Made by a program: the position numbers and the translations under genes. This document shows, piece after piece, positions 8,967 through 18,593 of a stretch of DNA of 64,000 nucleotides. The stretch is from an uncultured Nitrospiraceae bacterium. Lineage in GTDB: Bacteria; Hydrogenedentota; Hydrogenedentia; Hydrogenedentales; SLHB01. The DNA lies in NCBI GenBank assembly GCA_964493915.1, contig CAZBQH010000425.1, forward strand, positions 121 to 64,120, in the 5' to 3' direction. The notes below the pieces were generated by a model. It saw only the letters and a list, made by a program, of their open reading frames with translations. It was not told where the DNA came from and did not search any database. The stretch's first letter is position 1. Each line of letters starts with the position of its first letter.

Positions 8967-11216
8967 TCACACTGTCGACTGACAGCCTGCGGGCTGGCCC
9001 ATGGAACGCTCTTCCCTCAGCCACACCCAGTAGCCGAGGAGTTCGTTCCAGTCGCGCTTTTGCATCAGCAGGAAGCGGTAAATATCCAGTAGGCAGGCGC
9101 GGAGACGGTCGCGGGATTCGGCCTGCCGCAGCAGCCAGGGGAGTTCGTCGGCTTGCCGCGCATCCACGGACCGCGCGGCAAATTCGTCGGCCAGCCGCAG
9201 GCGCAAGGCCCGGGCCGTGCCGGCATCGGGCACGTACCGCCGTTCGACCGCCACGTGCAGGTACTCGTGCGCGAAAGCCAGTACGCCGTCGCGGTCAACC
9301 AGGCCATCCTCCAGCGCGCAGCGCACTGGCGACCAGAGGGCAGCGGGCAGACGTTCCTGTCCGGCGGGTTTCAGCGCCTCCAGCAACTCCGGTTCGGTCA
9401 GGCCGCGGCGGGCGGCCCAGAGCAGCGACAAGGCCTCGCGCACCAGCCCGGGCCAGTCGCGCTCGTAGTCGCGCTCGAAGCGGGTCAGGATCTTGCCTAG
9501 CAAGGCGGGGATGTCGGCGGCCTGGAGATAGTCTGCGATTTGCCGGTCGAGCAATTCGTGGTCGCCCGTGGCGCGCAAGTCGTCGAGCAGGGTCTTGATG
9601 TACAGCGGATTGGAGGCCGCCGCCGCGCCCGCGATCTTCCGCGCGCGGGACTCGGAAAGGCCCTGCGCGAAGTGGGCGAGGTAGCGTGCGATCAGCCGGA
9701 CGCGTTCCTCCGTTGTGAGCGGCTCGACGGTGAGCGCGGGCCAGTCGCGTGGTTGTAGGGCGTCTAATGTGTCGCCGGGCAGGGCGGAGACGACCAGACG
9801 CAGTTCACCGGGCAGGCGATACGGCAGCCAGGCCAGCAGACGACCGCGTTCCCGGTCTTCGAGCTGGTTGAGGGCGTCGAGAACAAGGACCGCCCGGACC
9901 CCTTTCTGCCTGGCCCGTCCGGCGAGGCGGCTGAGGTAGTCGGGAAAGACCTTCACGATTTCCTCCGCCGCGGCGGGAATCTTCTTCTCTTCCTCCTCGA
10001 GCCCGCTCGCGCCGGCGGGATCGTCCGCGCCGCACCAGCGAACAATGGCCACCATCAGCCGGCGCATCAGGGCCAGATGCCCGGCGCTCATCGCGGAACT
10101 GCCGATGTAATGCTGAAACACGAAGTCGTTGGGGTTTACCTGACGCCGGCGCGCCACCCAGTTGGCCAGGAGCGCGGATTTGCCGCCCCCCGACGCGCCC
10201 AGAATGGTCAGACCGCAGCCATCGGCACCGTCGCGGGCAAAGGCGTCCAGCCGGTTGAAGTAGGCGTCGCGCCCGATGTAGAAGGCGGTGCGGCGGCTCT
10301 TCGCGTAGGCTTCGTGGTCGCGGTCTTCGCGAGACCAGTCGTCGGGCGTTTGGTCGGGCGGGAACTCGGCGTCAATGGCGCCCGTGAGATCGGCGAGAAC
10401 GAGGACGGCGAGGGCGTGGGGATGAGCATAGTTCTCGTGCAGGGGGATGCCCTTAACGTCGCAAACCGCCCTCACCTTCTGTTTGAGCGCTTCCTGGCGG
10501 GCGGCACAGGCGGCATCCTCCGCCAGGTAGTCGCCGCCTTGGGACGCGGCGTAGTGCGGGTCGCGAAAATAGAAGAAGGCCCGCCCGGCCATTTCGGGGT
10601 CGTTGAGCACGCCATGATAGATTTCCAGTTCGGTGACGCTGTGTTTGGCGACCTCGCGCTTCAGCCAGTCTTCTTCATCCAGGAGCGCCGGCGTAAAGGC
10701 CTCCGGGCCGGGCGTCCAGCCATAGCGTTCGCCCAGCAGCCCGATGAAGTAGGGACGGCAGCGCTTGATCTCCGCCAGACAGTGGCGCAGCGTTTCCTTC
10801 CGCTGCGACTGTTCTTCGGTGACACCCCAGCGCAGGTCCACCTCGACAAACTCCACCGCCCGCCCACGGCAGACCTTCCGCAGGGCCGGCCAGACGTGGG
10901 CCATGAGTTCGTTGCGATCTTCGATCATGTCGCGAAACGTCGAAGAGACGAAGACGCGGACAACGCGGTCTTTGGCGGAGGACTTGGGGTCCGGATTGGA
11001 AACGCGATCGGCGTCCGGGGGCGCGCTACTCGTGTTCGCCGGGGTCACCTTTTCTTGCCACAGACTCGCGGAGTCGGCATTCCCCGCTGTGCCGGGCGGT
11101 GTGTCGCCTGGCGGACATTGGGCTGAAGCGCTGGCCGGGGCCGGTGCTTCCGAATCATGCTCGGGTTGGTTCTTGTCCGATTTGCCGCTGCCAAACAGTC
11201 GTTTCCACAGGCTCAT
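8967..11216 (-). CDS. STAND (NACHT-type) P-loop NTPase with an N-terminal DUF4062-like domain.
   Basis: The N-terminal motifs are VFVSSTFRDM...DLRWG...FIGLLGERYGW. The Walker A reads ILGASGGGKSALLANW. The long alpha-helical C-terminal region is typical of STAND proteins. Confidence 0.7.
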   Translation of the reverse strand: MSLWKRLFGSGKSDKNQPEHDSEAPAPASASAQCPPGDTPPGTAGNADSASLWQEKVTPANTSSAPPDADRVSNPDPKSSAKDRVVRVFVSSTFRDMIEDRNELMAHVWPALRKVCRGRAVEFVEVDLRWGVTEEQSQRKETLRHCLAEIKRCRPYFIGLLGERYGWTPGPEAFTPALLDEEDWLKREVAKHSVTELEIYHGVLNDPEMAGRAFFYFRDPHYAASQGGDYLAEDAACAARQEALKQKVRAVCDVKGIPLHENYAHPHALAVLVLADLTGAIDAEFPPDQTPDDWSREDRDHEAYAKSRRTAFYIGRDAYFNRLDAFARDGADGCGLTILGASGGGKSALLANWVARRRQVNPNDFVFQHYIGSSAMSAGHLALMRRLMVAIVRWCGADDPAGASGLEEEEKKIPAAAEEIVKVFPDYLSRLAGRARQKGVRAVLVLDALNQLEDRERGRLLAWLPYRLPGELRLVVSALPGDTLDALQPRDWPALTVEPLTTEERVRLIARYLAHFAQGLSESRARKIAGAAAASNPLYIKTLLDDLRATGDHELLDRQIADYLQAADIPALLGKILTRFERDYERDWPGLVREALSLLWAARRGLTEPELLEALKPAGQERLPAALWSPVRCALEDGLVDRDGVLAFAHEYLHVAVERRYVPDAGTARALRLRLADEFAARSVDARQADELPWLLRQAESRDRLRACLLDIYRFLLMQKRDWNELLGYWVWLREERSMGQPAGCQSTV

Positions 11217-11266
11217 GACTTACTCCTTTCCAAACAGCGGATGCGTAGCTCCCGCATATATCGGTG

Positions 11267-11512
11267 CTACAAACGTGATCCCATGACGCCCAGGATGCCC
11301 ACGAAAAAGGGGCGGCACACGTCGATCTGTTCGAGGCAGAGGTCGAGAACGCGGTCGTTCTCGGCCTCCTCGGGCGTAATGCCCCAGCGCAGGTCGATAT
11401 CAAACAGGTGGATGCGGTAGGGCAGCAGCCGTTCGCGCAGCCGCGGAAAGACCCGCTTCACCAGGATATCCCGCTCCGCGTCCATGTCGCGGAACGTCGA
11501 GGAGATAAACAC
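11267..11512 (-). pseudogene. A 5' fragment (about 75 codons) of a third DUF4062-NTPase paralog. It is truncated right after ...CRPFFVGILG.
   Basis: The motifs SSTFRDM...DLRWG...GILG are present. The fragment lies inside the 380-bp repeat at 11287-11666, and the frame terminates after 5 unrelated codons. Confidence 0.65.
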
Positions 11513-11666
11513 CCGTACATCACGCCATCGATGCGATATGGGTCTACTCCATCCCGTGTGTGTTGCTTGCCCTCAGCCCCGTTGCCGCTTGGAAATCAAC
11601 TGCATAGTAGCAGAAGTCGAAGCCAATGGTGAACGAAGAAGTGCAGCGAGGCAACCAGGCATGCGT
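11287..11666. repeat. A 380-bp repeat unit containing the upstream region plus the first 75 codons of a DUF4062 gene. Copy A of two.
   Basis: It aligns to 30740-31119 at about 88% identity, with identical end points. Confidence 0.7.
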
Positions 11667-11727
11667 TAAGGATTCCCGAGGCGCGCCTTTGTGAACTCGT
11701 CGGGTGCCGCTTTGATGCGTCCCCTTT

Positions 11728-12840
11728 TCACGCGGCGCTGTCCAGAAGCGCGTTCATGCACGCCATGGATTCGTCCTCAACCAGTCGAATGGCCCGTATT
11801 GCCTTCTTGTTTCGTGCCACTGTCCCCGCGATCATGTGGAGGCGCCCCACGTTTGCGATAACAGGTTTCCACAGGGGGATGTCCGCTTTCTGTCCGGCTT
11901 GCCACCGTACGGGCGTCATCAGGAAGGTGTTTACATGATGCGACAAACGCTTGTACATCTCGAGGCCGGTCTTTGCCAGACTGCTCATGGCCGCGGCGTC
12001 CATGCCGTCGAGCATGGACAGCAACCGGCTGATGCCCGGGTTGGGATAGATCTCCTTGAAGAACCGGGCCATGTCGTCGGTCAGAAAACGCCGGAGTGTA
12101 CTCAGGTCGCAGCCGAGGGTAAGGTAGACCAGCTCGATGACGTGGCGCAACGAGGGGATGCCGAAGCCTTTGGATACAAGAAAGGCAAACCGCTGGTCGC
12201 TGTGCCATGCGCCTTGGAAAACACACCTTCCCAAGGCGTAGAGAAGCGCATCCACTTCCGCGTTGCCCTCCTCGCAGCGCTTGGCGAGAAGGTTCCGTGC
12301 GTCGTCGCGGAACAGCGAGAGCCTGAGGAAATACCGTTCGCGTCCGTACGTCATGAGGCGGGCAAAGCGTTCATCCAGGAGGGGGTATTCAGGACTGCGG
12401 TATAAATCCTCGGCAATGAGGCTGTACAGATCGTACCAGTCTTGACTGACGCGGGAGACGTAATAGGCGGGCATGCCGAATTCGAGCCGGCGAACGCTGA
12501 AGCTGACATCCCCCTGGCCGATCGTGCGCAGGCTGCTTCTGAGTTTGTCGGGCTGTGCGAGTGAGACCGTCGCCTCTCCATAGAACCCTTGGATACGTAC
12601 TTCCTTGGAAAGCACCTGGTTCGTTGCGTTCAACAGATCCTTCGTGCCGCCCTCCGTAAACAGCGTGTGCCGCAAGGCATCGTACTCGCGCAGGAGGCAG
12701 AAAAGGGACTGCAGGCCTTCGGGATCATACGCCGCCCTGCGGTGCCAAACCCCTGCAGCGTAGTATTTGGAAGGAAACCACGATGCGCCATGCTCGCCGG
12801 TGTCCACCCGGGTTCGTGCACTATGGGCGGCCTTGTCCAT
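11728..12840 (-). CDS. Hypothetical 370-aa protein. It is the last gene of the ClpB-like/MoxR/vWA operon.
   Basis: A long ORF on the same strand lies 20 nt after the vWA gene. I recognised no motifs in it. Confidence 0.5.
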   Translation of the reverse strand: MDKAAHSARTRVDTGEHGASWFPSKYYAAGVWHRRAAYDPEGLQSLFCLLREYDALRHTLFTEGGTKDLLNATNQVLSKEVRIQGFYGEATVSLAQPDKLRSSLRTIGQGDVSFSVRRLEFGMPAYYVSRVSQDWYDLYSLIAEDLYRSPEYPLLDERFARLMTYGRERYFLRLSLFRDDARNLLAKRCEEGNAEVDALLYALGRCVFQGAWHSDQRFAFLVSKGFGIPSLRHVIELVYLTLGCDLSTLRRFLTDDMARFFKEIYPNPGISRLLSMLDGMDAAAMSSLAKTGLEMYKRLSHHVNTFLMTPVRWQAGQKADIPLWKPVIANVGRLHMIAGTVARNKKAIRAIRLVEDESMACMNALLDSAA

Positions 12841-12860
12841 AAAGCCTCCTTTTCTTGTTT

Positions 12861-15026
12861 TTACGCGATATTGCGGCGTTCAGAAACGCAGTTTGCCACG
12901 TAGGACCCAATGACCTGAGCCGCTTCGGCCGCGTTCACGAGGTCGTTGGGCTCGATCACCATCACCGAATCCACGGCGGCCCGTATTTCCTCGGATACCT
13001 TGTCCTCCAGTGCAACCAGTGTAATGTGGAGTCGCTGATTGAATTGGGTTCGCGCAGAATCCAAGACCTCCCGCACTTCCTCGATGGGCGAGCTCTTGGA
13101 AGCGGGGAAGGACTTGTTCCATGAGCAGTCGCTGATAAGAATCAGATACGTTTGTGAACCTCGCGCCAAGGCCTTTGCCTCATCCAGAAGATATGTCAGA
13201 GACAGTGCGTCTGACTGGCGGCCCTGCCCCGAATCCGGCAGGGCGGCGACGGCCCGGACCGCCTCGCTGTGCGAAAACGCCGCTGTTTTTCTGGGGTGAT
13301 ACATCCACTGCACCAGCGGCGCCCCTCCCCGGTTGCCGACCGGGCCGCTGCTGTAAAGTGCCGCAATGATCTCGATCTGCCTGTTTTTGACGCTTTCCAG
13401 CCATGCCGCCACCAGCAGCTTGCACATGCGCATCTGGGAGTCTGTCAATGACGACGAGCCATCCGCGGCGATAAGTAGGAGTGCTTTGCCCGCGGGATCA
13501 CGTTGGGTGGACACGCGGGTCTGGCGGTAGACAGAATCGCTGAATTCCGCTATCGGGAGGCGCCGGGGGTCCATCTGTCCCGATGTGCGCGGGAACTCCA
13601 GTATGAACTCGTCCACCAGGCTCGGGTACAGATTCCGGCGCAGTACGTCGGCGATGGGGAAGGCGTCGTTCCGCAGCATCTGCACTTCGGCCTCGTTCTC
13701 ACTCAGAGCGACGGGCCGGTCAAAGAGTTCGCCCCCGACCTCCTTGCCCCCAAGCTCGCGGGTGATGTTCATCCCCGTTGTCGGCTGCCCCTCGAGAGGG
13801 CCCTTCGCGAAGGGTTTTCGTTCGATGTCTTGGCCAACCAGGTCTTCACGCATATCCTCCCATTGGGCATTCTGCCCGCTGGCCTTGTAGGCCGTTTGGG
13901 TCATGTCTTCGAATGCCTTCTCGGTATCTTTGTCCCGATTGGCCTCTTCGTCGAGGCCCGCCCCAAGATTGGCCACGTCTTCTGGCGTCTGCGAACCGGA
14001 CTGCCTCGAATTCAGCAGATTCTTGAGCACATCCCCGTGAGACGCAGGTTGCGTCAGCGCGGGGGCCCTCGGTTGTCCTAAAGGGGGAATGCAGTCTGAA
14101 TTACATTCCACTTCCTCGTGCTGGGGACCGTATTCGTATCTTTGATGCCCCCGACTGTTGAAGGCGGGCTGACCGGGCCCCTTCTTGGCGGAAGGTTGAG
14201 GCGGCTTGGGGGGCGGTTCGGCGGGCAAAAGAGGCAGTAGAGCGGCCATGATCTTTTTGCCCCAGGATGCATAGGAAGCAAGGGCGGTTTCCCCGTCCGA
14301 CACACCCTCCAATTCGGCATAATCCCTCGAAATGTCGGATAACCAGCGTAGTATTTGCGCCGTCATGGGGTGAAGGCGCATCTCGCTCTGCTCGGGGAGC
14401 ACATCCCCGAACAGCACGGCATGCCGAATCACATCATGGAGGTTCCGGAAGCGCAATGACGACTGTGATACCTGGAAGAGCCGGTAAATCTCCACGCACC
14501 GGAGTTCGGGCGACCTTGTCAGATCCGCCAGAATGGCGCGGTGGGCCAGCGCCAGCGCGACATCATGGCACACCTGCTTATATGCGGGCAGCAGTTTGCC
14601 GTGCCTGTTGGCCTCATCAAGGTCAATAACAGGCGCGATAATCGCTTTGTATATCTCATAAATGAGGCATTCCGTTTCCATGTATATCGTGTGTCCGAGC
14701 GCGGCGCGAGCCGGCCAGGGAAACGAGGTGTAGAAGGCGCTCAACTGGGGCTGCGCACCCTCACCCTTCTCCGGAAAGGCAAACCCGAGGTCGTTCTTGC
14801 GCAGGACGCTCCGCAGGTTCTGGATGGCCTGGTAGAACTTGATCTGCCCCTGTCTCTTGAATGTCCAGGGCGTGTCCTCGCTGAAGGCGCGGTCGATGGA
14901 CGCTCCCGCCCAGGTCTCCTTCGGAAGCACACGGGCGCCATATCTCCCGTGCCCGTAGGTGGAGCACCCGGCGGCCCCGTATCCCCCATACGAGCCATAC
15001 ATCAGGTAATCGTCCTGCATCATCAT
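12861..15026 (-). CDS. A 721-aa protein with a C-terminal von Willebrand factor A (vWA) domain and an uncharacterised N-terminal region of about 450 aa.
   Basis: The MIDAS motif reads LLLIAADGSSSLT. The sequence ILISDCSW is also present. The start codon overlaps the MoxR-like gene stop (ATGA). Confidence 0.65.
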   Translation of the reverse strand: MMMQDDYLMYGSYGGYGAAGCSTYGHGRYGARVLPKETWAGASIDRAFSEDTPWTFKRQGQIKFYQAIQNLRSVLRKNDLGFAFPEKGEGAQPQLSAFYTSFPWPARAALGHTIYMETECLIYEIYKAIIAPVIDLDEANRHGKLLPAYKQVCHDVALALAHRAILADLTRSPELRCVEIYRLFQVSQSSLRFRNLHDVIRHAVLFGDVLPEQSEMRLHPMTAQILRWLSDISRDYAELEGVSDGETALASYASWGKKIMAALLPLLPAEPPPKPPQPSAKKGPGQPAFNSRGHQRYEYGPQHEEVECNSDCIPPLGQPRAPALTQPASHGDVLKNLLNSRQSGSQTPEDVANLGAGLDEEANRDKDTEKAFEDMTQTAYKASGQNAQWEDMREDLVGQDIERKPFAKGPLEGQPTTGMNITRELGGKEVGGELFDRPVALSENEAEVQMLRNDAFPIADVLRRNLYPSLVDEFILEFPRTSGQMDPRRLPIAEFSDSVYRQTRVSTQRDPAGKALLLIAADGSSSLTDSQMRMCKLLVAAWLESVKNRQIEIIAALYSSGPVGNRGGAPLVQWMYHPRKTAAFSHSEAVRAVAALPDSGQGRQSDALSLTYLLDEAKALARGSQTYLILISDCSWNKSFPASKSSPIEEVREVLDSARTQFNQRLHITLVALEDKVSEEIRAAVDSVMVIEPNDLVNAAEAAQVIGSYVANCVSERRNIA

Positions 15027-16099
15027 ACCAAGTCTCCACCCGCAGCGACGGAGTTGGCCGTCTCACGCCGAAATCCGAACACCTCGCAGAAAAGGGCTTG
15101 CGCCGCCTCACGGTCCTCCAGGTTCGCCGACCCGAGAAGTGTCAGGTTTGCGACATCCGGCAGCGGGTAATGCGGGTCGCGGGCGGCCTCCCGGATGAAC
15201 GCGCAATACCCATAGATTGTCGGCGGAGCTAGGCTCAACAGGTTCCCCTGCGCACGTTGCGTGCGCAGCATCCCTCCAAGCTCCACGATATTGAGTACCA
15301 GGCCCTCATCGGTCGCGGGGAGATACTTGGTCTTCATCAGATAACGCAGAATCTCGACTTCTTGTTCTGGGGAGGGGAAGTCAAACGCGATGCTGACCGT
15401 CCAGCGGCGTTTCAGTGCGTCGTCTTGGGTGACGAGGATATGCGTGGACGTTGCATCGGTATGGTAGTTGGAATCGGCGAACCAAGCGACCCCGGCCCCG
15501 CTCACCATGGCGTTGTCAGATATCCGGGTGAATCCCTGCGTCATGAGGTTGAGCAGGCCGCCCTGGATGGCGGCCGTGGACACGCGGCCAATCTCGCGGA
15601 GCCAGATGACGGGATAAACATCATCCAGCACCTTCTTCGACTCCAGGATGGCATTGACGATACAGCTTGGCTCGTCATACGTCTGCCCGTCCCGGATGGC
15701 GCGGCGGTAGTACATCTCCGAGATCGTGTCAAAGACAACCATTTCGACGGGAAACACGCGCAGCGGCTTGTACTTGATGCCCCTCAGCGCGCACAACGCT
15801 TTCCAATTCTCCGGGACATAGGCAAGCGCCTCGAAGAAGCCCGTCTTCGCAGTGCCGGTGTGCCCGTGAATGTGAATCATTTCCGCGTCGGCTATTGCCC
15901 CGGCTATGGATTCCGGGATCCGCTTCGGCAGAACGATGGGCGGGCGGCCCCTGTCTGGCACAAGCGCCACCAGTTCCGAAGGGCCGGCCTTGGCCAGTTG
16001 TTTAGTGTCACGGATATCGTAGATGCTGGGGGCCGTGGAAGCCCGGTTCGCGTCCTGCGCCGCATACGCTTCCGTCTTTGACCGCCGTGCAAATCGCAT
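15023..16099 (-). CDS. MoxR-type AAA+ ATPase of the AAA_5 or CbbQ/NorQ-like type.
   Basis: The Walker A reads IHIHGHTGTAKTGFFEALA. It is about 360 aa, and it is translationally coupled to the downstream vWA gene. Confidence 0.6.
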   Translation of the reverse strand: MRFARRSKTEAYAAQDANRASTAPSIYDIRDTKQLAKAGPSELVALVPDRGRPPIVLPKRIPESIAGAIADAEMIHIHGHTGTAKTGFFEALAYVPENWKALCALRGIKYKPLRVFPVEMVVFDTISEMYYRRAIRDGQTYDEPSCIVNAILESKKVLDDVYPVIWLREIGRVSTAAIQGGLLNLMTQGFTRISDNAMVSGAGVAWFADSNYHTDATSTHILVTQDDALKRRWTVSIAFDFPSPEQEVEILRYLMKTKYLPATDEGLVLNIVELGGMLRTQRAQGNLLSLAPPTIYGYCAFIREAARDPHYPLPDVANLTLLGSANLEDREAAQALFCEVFGFRRETANSVAAGGDLV

Positions 16100-16144
16100 G
16101 GGATTCTCCCTTCTATTCCGCCCGGGTGACGGACGGTGTTGCCA

Positions 16145-18376
16145 TTAGCTTTCCGCGGCGCTCACACTCACGCGCAACCTTCCGTCGAATGCGAGTTCAA
16201 TCCAAGGGACGCCGTCTTTCCTGCTGAATGCCGGGCCGTGCCATGCCTCGACAGCAATCGCGGTTTCGGTGCGGGCCAGCCGGACAAGCCCCCGAGCGCC
16301 GTGGCTCATGGCGCTTGATTCCCACCCCGCCAGCAGGGCATCGGCGGCACCGTTCGCCACCGTGATCCGTGCAGAAGGGCTGCCCAAACGATCCAGCGCG
16401 GTGCGCGCGCTGTCCTCGATTGCCCGATGCACGATGCGCACGCGGGATTCCAGAGAGAGAGGTTCGAATAATACTGGCTCGCCCACGCGGCTTAGAAACG
16501 CACCTGAAACCATTTCTTTGACCGCGCGCTGTACGTCTTTGCTCACATCGGCGTGTACCGGCGCAGGCCCGAAGCCGGTCCGGCGGTATGCCTTCTCATC
16601 TTTGCCGCCGGGCAGGTTCAGCGTGAAGAGAATCGCCAGATTCGAGCATGAGAACATACTGCCTACGGCAGACTGAGCCTCCCCGGTTTCCAATATCTGC
16701 AGGAAGAGGTCGCCCAAAGCGCTCCGCACCGACGGGACTGCATGGTCCAAATCCGCCACTTCGACCACGGCCCCGCGGTGGTGTTTCGCCACCTGTTCGA
16801 GACGCCCCGCCTGGTAACTGCCAACAATTCCGCGGCCGCTTCCCAGAAGTTGCGAAGCCGCCGTATGCGGATCTGGCATGCTCGCAGCATCAATAACCAC
16901 ATACGGAACATCAAGCCACTTCGCCAACAGCGAAAGGGTTTCCGACTTGCCTGTGCCAGGGGTTCCCTGGAGGGCGCCGGTAAACGGTTGGCCCAAGGGC
17001 CGGGTCAGCGTCTCGCGTTTCAGGAGCGCACCGAACTCGTCCAGGGCCCGCTCCTGTCCGAGTACCCGTTCGCGCAGGTAGACTCCCAGTTGAGGGTCGC
17101 AGGCTCCCTGCAGGAAGTGTGCCTGAACCTCGGCGGATCGGTCCTGACTACGCTGTGTCCCGAGCCCCGCGAATGTTTCATGGCATAGACCCAGGCGGGA
17201 TGCGAAGAGGTCTACATCGGGCAAACACCCCCTGCTGCTTTTGGCAACTGCATGTTTGATCAGATGTGGAAGTAGTCGCTTCGCGGTGTTGCCCGGGTGG
17301 CCGGTCAGCGCGTTAAGGATGTCTTCATTTGCTTTGGCCTGAGTCTTGGGGGAGAGCATCGCACCTTCAGCCGCCTCGCGCATCCCGAAAGAGGCAAGCG
17401 CTTCGACCGGTATATCCGGCACCCGCCGGAGAACGGGCATCAAGGGGTCGTTCTTCGCTCCCTGGCCGCCATGGAACAATGTCTGCAGTTCGCTGAACGT
17501 GCCTTCAAACAGGCACGGAGTGCCGGCGCTGTTCAACACCGCAAGAAGACTGGTGGTGGCATTCCCCATTTCGTAAGGGCTCACGGTCAGCCCGAGCGCG
17601 CGCGCCGGCATCACCAGCCGCCCCTCGGTGTTCTGTGCCAATTGCACCAGTTTCTGCGCATCGAGTGAGGGGAGCAGGACTTGCCCAAGAACGATATCCT
17701 TCTGAAGGCAGGCCCCGGCCACCAAGACGATGGCAAGCCGGCGCTCGATATCACATTCGCAGGTAATGCCGATGCACAGCCCCGATTCGAACAAGTCAGC
17801 CGTTTCCGCAGCCCAGTTAGACACTCCGACGGGCACCCCGTCGTCACCGCCGGCCCAGGGCATCACCGGCTTCACGATCCCCTGCATGCCCTTGAATACC
17901 TTGCGCAAGGCGGCCTCGTCGGTCGAGGCTGACCTGGCAGGGCATACGAGAGCCGCCACCTGCCGGATCAAGTCCAATTCGCGGCGCCATTCGGCCAGTT
18001 CCAGAAGACTTGGTATCCCATCCCGCACCAACCGCCTGAGACCCAGCGCGGGCGGAGTTTGCCCTGCCGCCTCTTCCCATCCGAGCATCCAGTGGGCCGA
18101 GAGCTCCGTCACGGATTCCAGTGCCTCGGCAGGTAGTCCTCCAGACCGCAAAGTGAGCGCGCACTCGACGTACACCTCCCCACCCTCGTCGCGTCCTACG
18201 ATAACCTTGATTCCCTCGCGTCCCGCAAACTGAATTTGGCCAGGCTCCACCTCCTTAGTTTCACCCAGGTCAGGCCATGCCTCCCCAACAATACCGGCCA
18301 TGCGTCTCACCAACTGGGCCGGGCTCTGCTTCGTGAATACCTGCCCATTTCCCATGGTCGTGTCGGACGCGCTCAT
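16145..18376 (-). CDS. A 743-aa protein with a C-terminal ClpA/ClpB-type AAA+ (AAA_2, D2-like) domain and a novel N-terminal region of about 430 aa.
   Basis: The stretch GQERALDEFGALLKRE...LQGTPGTGKSETLSLLAKWL...VVIDAASMPDPHTASQLLGSGRGIVGSYQAGRLEQ parallels the Clp D2 sensor and Walker region. Confidence 0.6.
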   Translation of the reverse strand: MSASDTTMGNGQVFTKQSPAQLVRRMAGIVGEAWPDLGETKEVEPGQIQFAGREGIKVIVGRDEGGEVYVECALTLRSGGLPAEALESVTELSAHWMLGWEEAAGQTPPALGLRRLVRDGIPSLLELAEWRRELDLIRQVAALVCPARSASTDEAALRKVFKGMQGIVKPVMPWAGGDDGVPVGVSNWAAETADLFESGLCIGITCECDIERRLAIVLVAGACLQKDIVLGQVLLPSLDAQKLVQLAQNTEGRLVMPARALGLTVSPYEMGNATTSLLAVLNSAGTPCLFEGTFSELQTLFHGGQGAKNDPLMPVLRRVPDIPVEALASFGMREAAEGAMLSPKTQAKANEDILNALTGHPGNTAKRLLPHLIKHAVAKSSRGCLPDVDLFASRLGLCHETFAGLGTQRSQDRSAEVQAHFLQGACDPQLGVYLRERVLGQERALDEFGALLKRETLTRPLGQPFTGALQGTPGTGKSETLSLLAKWLDVPYVVIDAASMPDPHTAASQLLGSGRGIVGSYQAGRLEQVAKHHRGAVVEVADLDHAVPSVRSALGDLFLQILETGEAQSAVGSMFSCSNLAILFTLNLPGGKDEKAYRRTGFGPAPVHADVSKDVQRAVKEMVSGAFLSRVGEPVLFEPLSLESRVRIVHRAIEDSARTALDRLGSPSARITVANGAADALLAGWESSAMSHGARGLVRLARTETAIAVEAWHGPAFSRKDGVPWIELAFDGRLRVSVSAAES

Positions 18377-18413
18377 GACAATCTGCTCCCTTCATGTGGC
18401 CGTCCATGGATAA

Positions 18414-18429
18414 GGCAAGAATCGGGCCA
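18414..18429 (-). promoter_or_regulatory. Putative sigma54 (-24/-12) promoter TGGCCC-GATTC-TTGCC, 38 nt upstream of the ClpB-like gene ATG.
   Basis: GG and GC are spaced exactly as in the TGGCAC-N5-TTGCW consensus. An EBP-like gene is divergently encoded. Confidence 0.4.
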
Positions 18430-18455
18430 GTCTGCGGACACGCAGTAATGCGCTG

Positions 18456-18471
18456 CTAAGCCGTGGCTTAG
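18456..18471. promoter_or_regulatory. A 16-bp perfect palindrome CTAAGCCGTGGCTTAG in the divergent intergenic region. It is a candidate activator or UAS site.
   Basis: It is a perfect inverted repeat seen directly, about 30 bp upstream of the -24 element. Confidence 0.3.
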
Positions 18472-18593
18472 AGATCGGGCAGTCCCGGGAGGCTTTACCG
18501 AGAGCTGGGTTGTTTCAATCGAAATGTTGGGTTAATATTTCAAGAACTCAACACAGTCATCATGAACAACCCTAATACGCAAAGTGGGGGAAT

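Noticed and set aside
8375-9598. A 407-aa + strand ORF. The same applies to 10077-11126, 15257-16081, 18540-20036, 13503-14081 and 50408-52246.
   Set aside because: These ORFs run antisense to long, motif-bearing genes (the FtsZ-like ORF and NACHT, the MoxR gene, the EBP gene, the vWA gene and mrdA). Their composition is biased and they have no motifs.
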